The notes: generated by a model not told the origin, from the sequence alone. A stretch of DNA of 64,000 nucleotides from Thiotrichaceae bacterium (GCA_012960105.1 DUBV01000014.1:2711-66710), one strand, 5' to 3'; counted from the first letter of the stretch, positions 28,501 to 38,215 are shown. Numbers and translations: made by a program.

Positions 28501-31500
28501 ATAATTCTGTAATAGAACGTAAGGTTTGCAATTGACCCAATTCATCAGGGCTAACTGTCGGTAATTCTGGCATCGCTTCTTGTAGTGCAGACATGATCTC
28601 AACACGTTTGATCGAATCGATACCCAGATCACTATCCATATTCATATCTAGATCCAGCATATCGATGGGATAACCAGTTTTTTCTGAGACTATCTCCAAC
28701 AAAACCTTATCAAAATTATTATTAACTTGAGCTGATGTTGTTGTAGTCGTTTTTGTTGCTGTACTCATAACCGCAGCTACAGGTCTTCCCGCAGCAATAA
28801 ATTCAACAATATGCTGCAAGAATTGGAAGGTACTCAATTCTTCAGGATTCACTGCTTGTGACCAAGGTAATTGTTCTTGTAAGGCTGAAAGAATTTCTAC
28901 ACGCTTGATTGAGTCAATACCCAGATCCGTATCCAGACTCATATCGAGACTTAGCATTTCTAATGGATAACCAGTTTTTTCTGATACGACATTTAATAAT
29001 AAATTGTTGATATCTACATCAGCATGTTCTTCAGCAATTGGCGCTGTCGATTTAATTTCAACAATTTCTTTAACAACAGTTTCCATCTTCGCTTGAACAG
29101 GAACTGCCTGTGCCTGAGTTGTCTGCGCTGGAGTTGCTTGTACTGATACTGGTGCGGCTAACGGCTGACCTGACATTAATCGTTGTTGTTGTTCTAACAA
29201 TGATTGTATCGATTTCTGTGCAGTTTCCTGTCCTTCAAGATACTGTTGATGCAAACGTGCGGTTTGTTCCTGCATTTTTTGTAACGCAAGAATACTTTGC
29301 TGCGTAGTTTGTAACAAACCACTGCTAGCAACAGTCGTACTTGTTACTGGCACTGTTTGTGTTGTGCTGCTTTTAGTGCTTGAAGAAATATTTTTTACAT
29401 CATTGTTCATAGTGTTAACACTTGCTGTTGGACTCTGTATATTTTTTGGCTTACTTGCAGGACGTGGTTTACGTGGCATCGTGTAGTTCGCACCACTAAT
29501 CGCAATCGTCATTGCTGGCTTCACATCTTTCGCTGGCCTTTCCAGTTCCGAACAAGCTCCATCCCATTTTTTAAGATCGAGTTGAATACCATTTGCAGCT
29601 AATGTAGCCAAGACAATCGCCAAATCATATTGACCTTGTTTTTTACCCACTGAGGCATCAACGGCAATTGCCGTGATAGGTTTATCTGCAAGTATCGATT
29701 TAATTAACCCAGTTAATGTTTTACCCGGACCTACTTCAACAAAGGTAGTCACACCTTCGGCAAATAATTTTTCAACTTGTTCTACAAAACGAACCGGAGA
29801 AGCTAGTTGATTAGCTAATAATTGCTTCACTGCTTTTGCATCATCTGGATAAGCATCGGTTGTTGTATTAGACAATACTTGAAAAGTATTTTTTGAAAAC
29901 TCAAATGGCTCTAGTGCTTCTGCAAAAGGTTTCGCTGCATCAGCAACAAAAGAACTATGGAATGCGGCTGCAACCGGTAATTTAATTGCACGTATTTTTT
30001 CTGCTTTGGCTATCTTTGCAAAGGTATCAACTTGATCTGTTGCACCAGATAACACTACCTGCGTGGGTGAATTATGATTCGCAATAATTAAATCAATTTT
30101 GTTTTCTTTTAATATTGATTCAACTTTTTCATACGCTGCGACCACTGCCACCATTGATCCGCGATCACCTTCGCCTGCCGCCATTAATTCACCACGAATT
30201 CGCGACAAACGATTTAAAGTGTCAGCGTTGTACATGCCTGCTGCTGATAATGCGGTTAATTCACCATAGCTATGACCAATCGCTGATTTTGGTTTTACTG
30301 AAAAATGATTTAATATATCAAGTGCACCTAGACTCACTGCACCAATGGCAGGCTGTGCATTTTGCGTTTGTCGTAGGGTTTCTTCTTGTTGTTTTTGATC
30401 TGCTTTAGAGAAAACGGAGATTGGATAAACGATGTCTCCGAGACTTTCTTTTCCAGTTGATTCTATAAACGTGTTGTTTGCTTGCTCTAATGCATTTAAA
30501 AATTGCGGAAACTGACAAGCCAGATCACGACACATCCCGGTGTATTGCGATCCTTGCCCAGGAAAAACAAAAGCAATGTTGTCGTTACATTTTTCGGAAC
30601 TGTATGCCACACCATCCGGTCTTTGCCATGCTGTTTCTGTTGAAGGCGCTAATTGTTTTTTAACATCGGCAATTAATTTATTAAGCTCTGTGTTAGATTT
30701 TTCTAAAACTATGGTCAGACGATGAGCAGCATCACTTTTAAAACTTTGGCACGAATCATAAACAAAGAATCTTAGTTCATTCCATGAATCGACAATGGAA
30801 GATGTGGGCAGTTGTTTTATTAACTCTTCTTTTGAGTCTGCACTTAATGCAAGAATTAATACATGACCATCCCATTCAATTTCTGTTTTTGTTTCTTCTG
30901 CTTCTTCCAATACACAATGAAAATTACTGCCGCCAAAACCAAATGAACTTAAACCTGCTCGACGCGGTGTCGTTTGTGTTTTTAACCACGGACGTTTAAC
31001 GGTATTTAAATAAACAGGTGATGTGCCGGGGTTAATAATTTCCAGTGGTTCATCAACTTTAATACTCGGTGGTAATACTTTATATTTCAAAGCCATTGCT
31101 GTTTTAATTAGACCTGCAACACCGGCTGCGGCTTTGGTATGTCCGATCATGGATTTTACTGATCCAATCGCACACCACGTTTCATCTGCATTATCTTCAG
31201 CGTAAACACCGGACAAGGCTTTTGCTTCAACCGCATCACCGACTGCGGTACCAGTACCATGCGCTTCAACTAACTCTATGCTTCTTGGTGATACATCCGC
31301 TTCACGATAGGCATTCCATATTGCTTTGGTTTGACCTGCTGCACTCGGTGCATAGATTGCATTACCTCGTCCATCTGATGAAGAACCGATACCACGTAAT
31401 ACTGCATAAATTTTATCGTTGTCACGTTTAGCATCATCCAAACGTTTTAATACAACCGCACCTATGCCTTCGCCTAATATTGTGCCATCACCTTCTTTGG

Positions 31501-32326
31501 CAAACGGACGACTATTACCTGTTGGTGATAAGGCTGGTGTTTTACTAAAACACATGTACATGAAGATATCGTTGAAAGTATCAACACCACCGGTAATTGC
31601 CATATCAACACGACCGGCATTGAGTTCCATCGCAGCCAAATGTAATGCGCTTAATGAACTAGCACAGGCGGCATCAACGACACAGTTAGTACCACCAAAA
31701 TCAAAGCGATTAGCAATACGACCTGCGGCAACATTACCTAATAAACCCGGAAACGAATTTTCTTGCCAAGGCACATAACCATCGGCAATACGTTGTACAA
31801 TTTCTTCAGTTGTTTCTGCATCGATACCCGCATCAGCTAAAGCCTTGCGCCATATCGGATGACCGAGTCTTGCACCTAATGGAATCACTAATTCTAAAGT
31901 ACCGGTCACACCCATAATGACGCTGGTACGATCACGATCAAATTCACGTCCATCACCAGCATCTTTCGCTGTTGAATAATTTGCATCTAATAGCGCCTGA
32001 CGTGTTACTACCATGGCGAGTAATTGCGTGGTATCGGTTGCTTCAATATTGTTTGGACTTAGACCATACAACAGTGGATTAAAATCTTGTGAATTAATAA
32101 AGCCGCCACGTTTAGCATAAGTCATGTCTGGTGCAGTTTTATCTGCATCAAAATAATCTTCGGGCTTCCAATGTGTCTTAGGGATATCACTTATCGCATC
32201 GACACCTTCGCGAATATTAGTCCAATACTCTTGCGGACTGTCTGCTTTTGGAAACAAGCAGCCTATGCCTACTATGGCGATTGGTGACATTTGTTGTTTC
32301 GTATTTTTGTTTTCTTTCTTAGACAT
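25520..32326 (-). CDS. pfaA: PUFA-synthase subunit, KS-AT-ACPx4-KR-DH (PfaA / Pfa2-like)
   Basis: KS DAACASSLSAL (Cys221) and AT GHSYGE (Ser686). Four LGIDSIKRVEI ACP motifs (Ser at aa 1139, 1238, 1330, 1420). KR ISGGARGVTAEVA. PKS-type DH HPFLKSHVINGRAVLP. Confidence 0.92.
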   Translation of the reverse strand: MSKKENKNTKQQMSPIAIVGIGCLFPKADSPQEYWTNIREGVDAISDIPKTHWKPEDYFDADKTAPDMTYAKRGGFINSQDFNPLLYGLSPNNIEATDTTQLLAMVVTRQALLDANYSTAKDAGDGREFDRDRTSVIMGVTGTLELVIPLGARLGHPIWRKALADAGIDAETTEEIVQRIADGYVPWQENSFPGLLGNVAAGRIANRFDFGGTNCVVDAACASSLSALHLAAMELNAGRVDMAITGGVDTFNDIFMYMCFSKTPALSPTGNSRPFAKEGDGTILGEGIGAVVLKRLDDAKRDNDKIYAVLRGIGSSSDGRGNAIYAPSAAGQTKAIWNAYREADVSPRSIELVEAHGTGTAVGDAVEAKALSGVYAEDNADETWCAIGSVKSMIGHTKAAAGVAGLIKTAMALKYKVLPPSIKVDEPLEIINPGTSPVYLNTVKRPWLKTQTTPRRAGLSSFGFGGSNFHCVLEEAEETKTEIEWDGHVLILALSADSKEELIKQLPTSSIVDSWNELRFFVYDSCQSFKSDAAHRLTIVLEKSNTELNKLIADVKKQLAPSTETAWQRPDGVAYSSEKCNDNIAFVFPGQGSQYTGMCRDLACQFPQFLNALEQANNTFIESTGKESLGDIVYPISVFSKADQKQQEETLRQTQNAQPAIGAVSLGALDILNHFSVKPKSAIGHSYGELTALSAAGMYNADTLNRLSRIRGELMAAGEGDRGSMVAVVAAYEKVESILKENKIDLIIANHNSPTQVVLSGATDQVDTFAKIAKAEKIRAIKLPVAAAFHSSFVADAAKPFAEALEPFEFSKNTFQVLSNTTTDAYPDDAKAVKQLLANQLASPVRFVEQVEKLFAEGVTTFVEVGPGKTLTGLIKSILADKPITAIAVDASVGKKQGQYDLAIVLATLAANGIQLDLKKWDGACSELERPAKDVKPAMTIAISGANYTMPRKPRPASKPKNIQSPTASVNTMNNDVKNISSSTKSSTTQTVPVTSTTVASSGLLQTTQQSILALQKMQEQTARLHQQYLEGQETAQKSIQSLLEQQQRLMSGQPLAAPVSVQATPAQTTQAQAVPVQAKMETVVKEIVEIKSTAPIAEEHADVDINNLLLNVVSEKTGYPLEMLSLDMSLDTDLGIDSIKRVEILSALQEQLPWSQAVNPEELSTFQFLQHIVEFIAAGRPVAAVMSTATKTTTTTSAQVNNNFDKVLLEIVSEKTGYPIDMLDLDMNMDSDLGIDSIKRVEIMSALQEAMPELPTVSPDELGQLQTLRSITELFVSVETASVSVAPQETNVVSGFANTLLDVVADKTGYPVDMLNLEMNLDSDLGIDSIKRVEILSAIQEQIPELPAVSPDDMATLQTLQSIVDIFNVSEVEQAPAAIATSDSNLSEVLLEVVADKTGYPVDMLNLEMNLDSDLGIDSIKRVEILSALQDKMPSLPTVSADDLAALQTLQQIVEYMDEQASSVNKPAPVVDVVVDAKVKQTESRIIRSVVRVVAIDNKSQRQQIEFNKDKEIWVTKDGGKRAKQLVTELQGKGYKAKLISNDDEASNEPSDELGALIIYAKEDANKQYLLDTFALIQRCSTSLKKSKGILAAITTLGGQFGFEKFKKGNPVQAGLYGIIKTADKEWTEVNCKAIDINQASASLDLIQKELFLAGPLEVGISNGKCSQLILEEETLTQNKKENKRLNKEDLIVISGGARGVTAEVAVKLAETYQCSLLLLGRSPEPEAEAEWLMSLSSAASIKKAIMENTEEKLRPADLEKRYQSILANREITTTLGRIEQTGAKVEYSSVDVTNEDAVANVINLARTELGNVTGIVHAAGVLADRLIEDKTEEQFNRVYSTKVEGLQSLLSATSSDALKLMVLFSSTTARLGRKGQVDYAAANEILNKQATQENISQNKNRKDCKVLSVNWGPWDGGMVTPALKKLFAEEGVGVIGLKAGADYLIQEIESNGPVETVILGEAENLLKKIPLFNYSVSEADSSNLSLAFERDLSVSSHPFLKSHVINGRAVLPMAIIIEWFAHGALHLNPGMQFQGFDDFRILKGIKLNADENIHLRILAGTIIHKGDVSLVPVELHSDELLHASAIMILADNYESNVLPQLKSVNETYKKKQGEYYNNGQLFHGQELQGIIEVTQCSDKGIVANVSAAAQPSTWMNQPIRSGWLTDPLILDSAFQMMILWSFEENDSASLPTAIASYRQYQRNYPKDSAKIIAEVNEHTAHKAKAAIEFLDGDGKLIALMDGYECVRDASLQAAFKKNKLDKKENV
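27950..29015 (-). repeat. tandem array of four ACP-domain repeats (about 270-297 nt period) inside pfaA
   Basis: The phosphopantetheine Ser codons lie at 28910, 28613, 28337 and 28067. The surrounding DNA is visibly near-identical between units, especially units 3 and 4. Confidence 0.85.
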
Positions 32327-32330
32327 AAAC

Positions 32331-34007
32331 TTACTCGGATAAATAATTCTTAATTGTTTCTAGTTGCATAGGATTAAATTGCGCTAACTCAACAGGAAGT
32401 TTAACGCCTTGTTTTTGTAATCCATTAATTCGAGATAACACGGCAGCTCCAAATAAAATATTCATCGCTACGGTTACCGTATTTCTGTTTTCTGCTGCTG
32501 ATAGAAATGTGTCACGCGTCCATTCATTAAACGCTCCCATCGCTGGACCACACCAAATTTGATAATCCACCTGACGATCAGCTATGCCGGCATTTGCCCA
32601 ACGCGAAGACAAACCCAAATACCAACGAAAAATTAATGCCATTTTGTGCTTAGGATCATTATTCGCTTTTTCAATCTGTCGTGGATCGCGTTCTGTAAAA
32701 AATTCTTCTGCTTTTTGCCAAACTTCAGCCAATGACATTTTAAATATTGTTTTTTCCAGATTAGCTTTTTCTACTTCAGAAATTTCTTCTATTGATGCAT
32801 ATTTTTTATAGATGTCATAAAGTTTGTTACCACGCATGGCAAACATCGTACCGCGTTTTAATACTTGTAACTTCACACCCATTTCAAACATATCAACTGC
32901 CGGCGCCATCGTGACATCCGCTTGTTCGGCATTGGCTAACATTTCTCTAACCACATCAGATGAACCGGATTCTTTGCAGGCTTGATTAACCGTACCGGTA
33001 ACAATGTAAGCCGCACCCATCGCGAAAGCACCTAATGCTGATGCAGGTGTTGCAATACCTCCTGCCGCACCTACTCGTAATGGATGTTGATAATTATATT
33101 TCGCCTGATATTGATCACGTAGAGATAACATCGTGGGTAATAAAGTAATGGCAGGTCGGTTATCGGTATGCCCACCTGAATCGGCTTCAACTGTTAAGTC
33201 TTGCGCCATTGGAATTTCTTTTGCTAACTCTGCTTCTTCTTGCGTAATAGCTCCCTGCTCTAATAATTCATTTAATAATTTTTCAGGTGGAGGACTAAAC
33301 CATTTGCTCGCAAGTTCTACTCTTGATGCTTTTGCAATAATTCGATTAGGAACAATAATATTACCTTGAGCGTCTTTATGAATTCCTTTCACACGGTAAC
33401 GCACGACCGGCAAAGTCAGTTTCATATAAGCTGAGGTTTCGACTAATGTCACATCGTATTTTAAATAAAGATCAACAACCGCATCTTCATGGCCTTTTTC
33501 ATTCGGGCTATAAATCAAATTATAACAATGTGTTTTATCACCTAATGACGTTTGCAAACGTTTAATCCCAATTTCTACTTCACCTAGCGACAAACCTGCT
33601 GCACCAAAAGAGGCCAACATGCCTTCGCGTGCTAATGCCTCGACCAATTCAACCGAAGCTATACCATTCGCCATCGAACCCGCCATATAGGGATAATCAA
33701 TATTATAATCCTGACAAAAACTTTGATCCCCCAAAGCTTTGATAGATTGAGCAGGTGAAAATCCACATAAACGATGTTCGTTGTCTCCACTATCGCTGCC
33801 AGCTAGCTGAATAGCGCCACCTAAGGCAATAGAAGGTTCCGATTCATTTTCAACAACACAAAATGGCACATCTAATTGACGCAACTGTTCCGGTAAGTTT
33901 TCTAAAGCAGAAAGTCGGGCATGACTATCCAACTGCCAAAGTGTTTGGGAATGGCTATCTGTATCCATCGAAACCGATGGACTAATAATATCTGGAATGG
34001 AACTCAC
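32331..34007 (-). CDS. pfaD: PfaD-type trans-acting enoyl reductase (FMN, nitronate-monooxygenase-like)
   Basis: 558 aa with a typical PfaD body. Its stop is 4 nt before the pfaA ATG. Starts at GTG 34007; an internal Met at codon 14 is an alternative. Confidence 0.85.
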   Translation of the reverse strand: MSSIPDIISPSVSMDTDSHSQTLWQLDSHARLSALENLPEQLRQLDVPFCVVENESEPSIALGGAIQLAGSDSGDNEHRLCGFSPAQSIKALGDQSFCQDYNIDYPYMAGSMANGIASVELVEALAREGMLASFGAAGLSLGEVEIGIKRLQTSLGDKTHCYNLIYSPNEKGHEDAVVDLYLKYDVTLVETSAYMKLTLPVVRYRVKGIHKDAQGNIIVPNRIIAKASRVELASKWFSPPPEKLLNELLEQGAITQEEAELAKEIPMAQDLTVEADSGGHTDNRPAITLLPTMLSLRDQYQAKYNYQHPLRVGAAGGIATPASALGAFAMGAAYIVTGTVNQACKESGSSDVVREMLANAEQADVTMAPAVDMFEMGVKLQVLKRGTMFAMRGNKLYDIYKKYASIEEISEVEKANLEKTIFKMSLAEVWQKAEEFFTERDPRQIEKANNDPKHKMALIFRWYLGLSSRWANAGIADRQVDYQIWCGPAMGAFNEWTRDTFLSAAENRNTVTVAMNILFGAAVLSRINGLQKQGVKLPVELAQFNPMQLETIKNYLSE

Positions 34008-34295
34008 TGTTATTTACTCAAATGTATCTTCTGATGCGTCTATGGTAGTAGGGACAATGCTTATTTATTTACATCCATCTGTTCTAATTGTAATGTGCGC
34101 GTCCTGAGCCAGCCTAATTGTTGAATAATATCACTTTTTCCGGGCAAAACCTTGTAGCATCGACGCTCTATATCATTAAAGATTTAGTATTTCATGTTTT
34201 AGAATCGCTATTAGACTTAGCCATTTTGAAGTCATTTTTAATAAAGCTGGCGTATAATTGCTAAGCTTCTGTTTTAAAAGGGTTATTTTGTTTTC
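34008..34295. promoter_or_regulatory. 288-bp divergent intergenic region that must hold the pfaD-pfaA and sqs-shc promoters
   Basis: Positional inference only. A TATAAT hexamer is at 34253..34258 (plus strand), but no well-spaced -35 element was found. Confidence 0.4.
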
Positions 34296-35351
34296 ATGAA
34301 GTCCAGAGAAGAATTTCAGACTCCACTTGATGATACTGCGTATCAAAATGAGATATTGCAGTATGTTTCCCGTACTTTTGCGTTAACTATTCCGCAATTA
34401 CCTGAGCCCTTATGCACAGTCGTTGCAAATGCCTACCTATTATGCCGTATTGCCGACACGATCGAAGATGATAAGAGCATGTCGGCTGAACAAAAGAAAG
34501 AATATTCCGAGCTTTTTATCGCTGTTGTTAAAGGGGCTGAAACTGCCGATACCTTTGCAGAAAACTTATTTCCTTTGTTATCGCCAACGGCAACAGTAGC
34601 GGAACATGATCTGATAGCTAATACAGCTCCAGTAATACGGCTGACTCATGGTTTTAATGAGCGACAACGATCGGCTTTAGAACGCTGTGTCAAAATCATG
34701 GCTGACGGTATGGTACGTTATCAAGATGCTGAAACCCTTGATGGTGTTGCTGATCAGAATGATATGGATCAGTATTGTTATTACGTCGCTGGCGTAGTTG
34801 GCGAATTGTTGACCGAATTATTCTGTGACCACTCCCCTGAAATTGATGCACATCGTAATGAAATGATGAAACTAGGTGTGTCATTTGGTCAGGGACTGCA
34901 AATGACCAATATATTGAAAGATATCTGGGAAGACCATGAGCGCGGAGCCTGTTGGTTACCTCGCAATGTTTTCGAAAAACACGGTGTCGATATTCCGCAT
35001 AAAAAACCCGGAAAAATGGGTGAAGGCTTTAACGATGCACTGATTGAATTACTCGGCATCGCCCACGCGCATGTACATAATGCGCTGCGCTACACTTTGA
35101 TGATTCCGGCAAAAGAAAAAGGCTTACGAAAATTCTGTTTATGGGCCTTGGGAATGTCGGTTTTAACACTTTTGAAAATTCGACAGCACCCTGATTTTAC
35201 TGATGGCCGTGAAGTAAAAATTACCCGTCGTAGTGTTAAAATCACTATCTTTCTAACTAGTCTTTTTGTCGGACAGAACTGGATTTTAAAAGGTCTATTC
35301 AAGTTTGCCGGACGCCGTTTACCTATGGCCAAACTTACCCTTGATACATGA
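34296..35351 (+). CDS. sqs: squalene synthase, single-enzyme (eukaryote-like Sqs) type
   Basis: YLLCRIADTIEDD and TNILKDIWEDHERGACWLP correspond to the two Asp-rich squalene/phytoene synthase boxes in the Sqs arrangement. Located upstream of shc. Confidence 0.8.
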   Translation: MKSREEFQTPLDDTAYQNEILQYVSRTFALTIPQLPEPLCTVVANAYLLCRIADTIEDDKSMSAEQKKEYSELFIAVVKGAETADTFAENLFPLLSPTATVAEHDLIANTAPVIRLTHGFNERQRSALERCVKIMADGMVRYQDAETLDGVADQNDMDQYCYYVAGVVGELLTELFCDHSPEIDAHRNEMMKLGVSFGQGLQMTNILKDIWEDHERGACWLPRNVFEKHGVDIPHKKPGKMGEGFNDALIELLGIAHAHVHNALRYTLMIPAKEKGLRKFCLWALGMSVLTLLKIRQHPDFTDGREVKITRRSVKITIFLTSLFVGQNWILKGLFKFAGRRLPMAKLTLDT

Positions 35352-35491
35352 AAAGCCTTCGGAGAATCCTTGATAAAATCAGTGCTATACGCGATTATAG
35401 ACTTGAACACATATAGGGGAAAATGTGGCACTACAACAATAAGTAATATTGTAGCTTCTTAATTCCAACACCCAATAAAATAGATTAGATA

Positions 35492-37441
35492 ATGACTCTC
35501 GAAACTCACAGTGATAATGCGCACAACCAATCTCCTGCAGAGTCACATTCGAAAACATCATCCGTCAATTTAGATGATGCGATTCAATCCGCTAAAAATA
35601 AACTACTCGAACAACAACATAATGACGGTCATTGGGTTTATGAACTCGAAGCCGACTGTACTATTCCTGCTGAATATATTTTAATGAATCACTTCGTCGA
35701 TGAAATCGACGATGAAACAGAACATAAAATCGCACAATACTTACGCGACCAACAAAATGATGAAGGCGGATGGTCACTCTATACCGGTGGCGATTTCGAT
35801 ATCAGTTGTTCCGTTAAAAGTTACTATGCGTTGAAAATTTCTGGTGACAGTCCACACGAAGAACACATGATTCGCGCAAAGAATATGATTTTGAATCATG
35901 GTGGCGCGGCGAATAGCAATGTCTTTACCCGAATTTTAATGGCCTTGTTCGAACAAGTACCTTGGCGCGCAACGCCTTTCATTCCAGCTGAAGTGATTAT
36001 TTTGCCTAAATGGTTTCCATTTCATATAGATAAAGTTTCTTATTGGTCACGAACCGTCATGGTGCCGCTATTTATTTTATGTACGATAAAGCCTGCTGCA
36101 GAAAATCCACGTGGTATTGATATTAGAGAACTTTTTATTACGGCACCGGAAGATGAACAAAACTATTTTAAGGTGACATCACCCTTAACTCGAGCTTTTC
36201 TGATACTTGATCATCTAGGTCGTCTAGCTGAAAAAATAGTACCTAATTTTGTACGCCAGTATTCCATTCGTAAATGCGAACAATGGTGTCTTGCCAGAAT
36301 GAATGAAGAACATGGCATTGGTGGAATTTTTCCTGCCATGGTTAATCTATTTGTATCGCTAGTTATTCTTGGTTATCCCAAAGATCACCCTCAACGAAAA
36401 CTAGCGCGTCAGGCAATTGATAACTTACTAGTCAAACGTGGTAATACCCTATATTGCCAACCTTGTGTTTCTCCCATTTGGGATACTTGTCTTGCAGGTC
36501 AAGCCATGATCGAAACCGAGACAGAAGAAAATATAACGCCTGAAATTGAACATGCTCTAGACTGGCTTAAAGATCGTCAACTCAGTGATGAACCCGGTGA
36601 CTGGCGGATTCCTAGACCGAATCTTGCTGGTGGTGCATGGGCATTTCAATATAGTAATTATTATTATCCGGATTTGGACGATACCGCCATGGTTGCATGG
36701 GCCATGCACCGAACAAAGAATCCAAAATACGCTGAACCTATTCAGCGTGCAGCACACTGGGTTGCGGGAATGCGGTCTAGTGGAGGTGGTTTTGGATCAT
36801 TTGAAATTAATAACACACAGTATTATTTGAACGCGATTCCCTTTGCAGATCATGGCGCATTATTAGATCCACCTACAGCCGATGTTACCGGACGTTCTAT
36901 TGCATTACTTAGTCTTGCTGATAAAGAGAAATATGCATCCATCATTAAAGATGCTGTTAATTTTTTAATTTCCGATCAAGAGGAAAATGGTTCCTGGTTT
37001 GGACGTTGGGGCACTAACTATATCTACGGTACCTGGTCTGTACTGACCGCACTTGAGATTGCAGAAGAAGATCCACAACAGGAATTTATTAGAAAAGCAG
37101 TATCGTACTTACAATGCATGCAAAATGAAGATGGTGGCTGGGGAGAAAGTAATGATAGTTATTATCCACCGAAACATCGTCGTCCTTTTAAAAGCACCGC
37201 CTATCAAACAGCTTGGGCATTGCTTTCCTTGTTAGCCGTTGGTGAAGCGGAAACAGAGACGGTTAAAAAAGGTATTCAGTTTTTACTTTCCAGCCAAACT
37301 AGTGATGGTCATTGGTATGATGACAGCTATACCGCTCCGGGTTTCCCTCGTGTGTTCTATTTAAAATATCATGGCTATACAAAATATTTTCCTCTTTGGG
37401 CTTTGTCTCGTTTTAGAAACCTCACACAAAATAAGTCTTGA
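35492..37441 (+). CDS. shc: squalene-hopene cyclase
   Basis: DxDD catalytic motif (PDLDDTAMV), repeated QW-type motifs (GGWG, GSWFGRWG), 649 aa. Confidence 0.95.
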   Translation: MTLETHSDNAHNQSPAESHSKTSSVNLDDAIQSAKNKLLEQQHNDGHWVYELEADCTIPAEYILMNHFVDEIDDETEHKIAQYLRDQQNDEGGWSLYTGGDFDISCSVKSYYALKISGDSPHEEHMIRAKNMILNHGGAANSNVFTRILMALFEQVPWRATPFIPAEVIILPKWFPFHIDKVSYWSRTVMVPLFILCTIKPAAENPRGIDIRELFITAPEDEQNYFKVTSPLTRAFLILDHLGRLAEKIVPNFVRQYSIRKCEQWCLARMNEEHGIGGIFPAMVNLFVSLVILGYPKDHPQRKLARQAIDNLLVKRGNTLYCQPCVSPIWDTCLAGQAMIETETEENITPEIEHALDWLKDRQLSDEPGDWRIPRPNLAGGAWAFQYSNYYYPDLDDTAMVAWAMHRTKNPKYAEPIQRAAHWVAGMRSSGGGFGSFEINNTQYYLNAIPFADHGALLDPPTADVTGRSIALLSLADKEKYASIIKDAVNFLISDQEENGSWFGRWGTNYIYGTWSVLTALEIAEEDPQQEFIRKAVSYLQCMQNEDGGWGESNDSYYPPKHRRPFKSTAYQTAWALLSLLAVGEAETETVKKGIQFLLSSQTSDGHWYDDSYTAPGFPRVFYLKYHGYTKYFPLWALSRFRNLTQNKS

Positions 37442-38160
37442 GTAAACTCGGCATCATCGCGGCACTACCTGCCGAGGCAGACTGCCTCACTAAAAAAATA
37501 TTAAAAGTTGGTTCTCCTGTCGAAATACAGAAAGATATTTATTTATGCTTATCTGGAATCGGATATGACGCAGCTCAGCATAGTAGCAAGCGACTACTGG
37601 AATTAAACGTTGATGCATTGATCAGTTGGGGAGTAGCAGGCTCGATTGAGTCGTCACTAAAATCCGGAGATTTATTGTTAGCCCGCAAAATAATAAATAA
37701 TACTAACTCCTGGACTATAAATCCCAATTGGATAAGTAACTGCCAAATGCAATTAGCCAGTACATCAATTAATACCGTCAATGCGGATATCGCGTCTAGT
37801 AATGATATGTGTGCCAGCGTTAACGACAAGAATAATCTATCTATAAAAACAGGAGCTCTCGCAGTCGATATGGAAAGTGCAGCTATTGCCGAATTAGCGA
37901 GTGAAAACAATATCGATTTTTTGGTAGTCCGTGCCATTGCCGATGATGCCGACACTAATATTCCAAAAGCAGTGCTAGAACATACTGATACTCTCGGGAG
38001 ACCTGATATTGTTCCTTTTATACTGTCTTGCATAAGTGATCCTAAACAGATAAAAGAGCTATGGAAATTGGCAAAATGCTATAAACAAGCATTAAACACC
38101 TTAAAACTCATTGCACCTGATTTAAAAAAACAGCATTTTCTATATACTAGTCAGAAATAA
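37438..38160 (+). CDS. hpnG: hopanoid-associated nucleosidase/phosphorylase (HpnG type, PNP_UDP family)
   Basis: GIIAALPAEA, ISWGVAGS and AVDMESAAIAE motifs. The TTG start overlaps the shc stop (TTGA). Confidence 0.75.
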   Translation: MSKLGIIAALPAEADCLTKKILKVGSPVEIQKDIYLCLSGIGYDAAQHSSKRLLELNVDALISWGVAGSIESSLKSGDLLLARKIINNTNSWTINPNWISNCQMQLASTSINTVNADIASSNDMCASVNDKNNLSIKTGALAVDMESAAIAELASENNIDFLVVRAIADDADTNIPKAVLEHTDTLGRPDIVPFILSCISDPKQIKELWKLAKCYKQALNTLKLIAPDLKKQHFLYTSQK

Positions 38161-38215
38161 GCGGTTCTTATCACATTGCTCAAATAATACTCTCAGAAAA
38201 TTACATACGAAAAAC

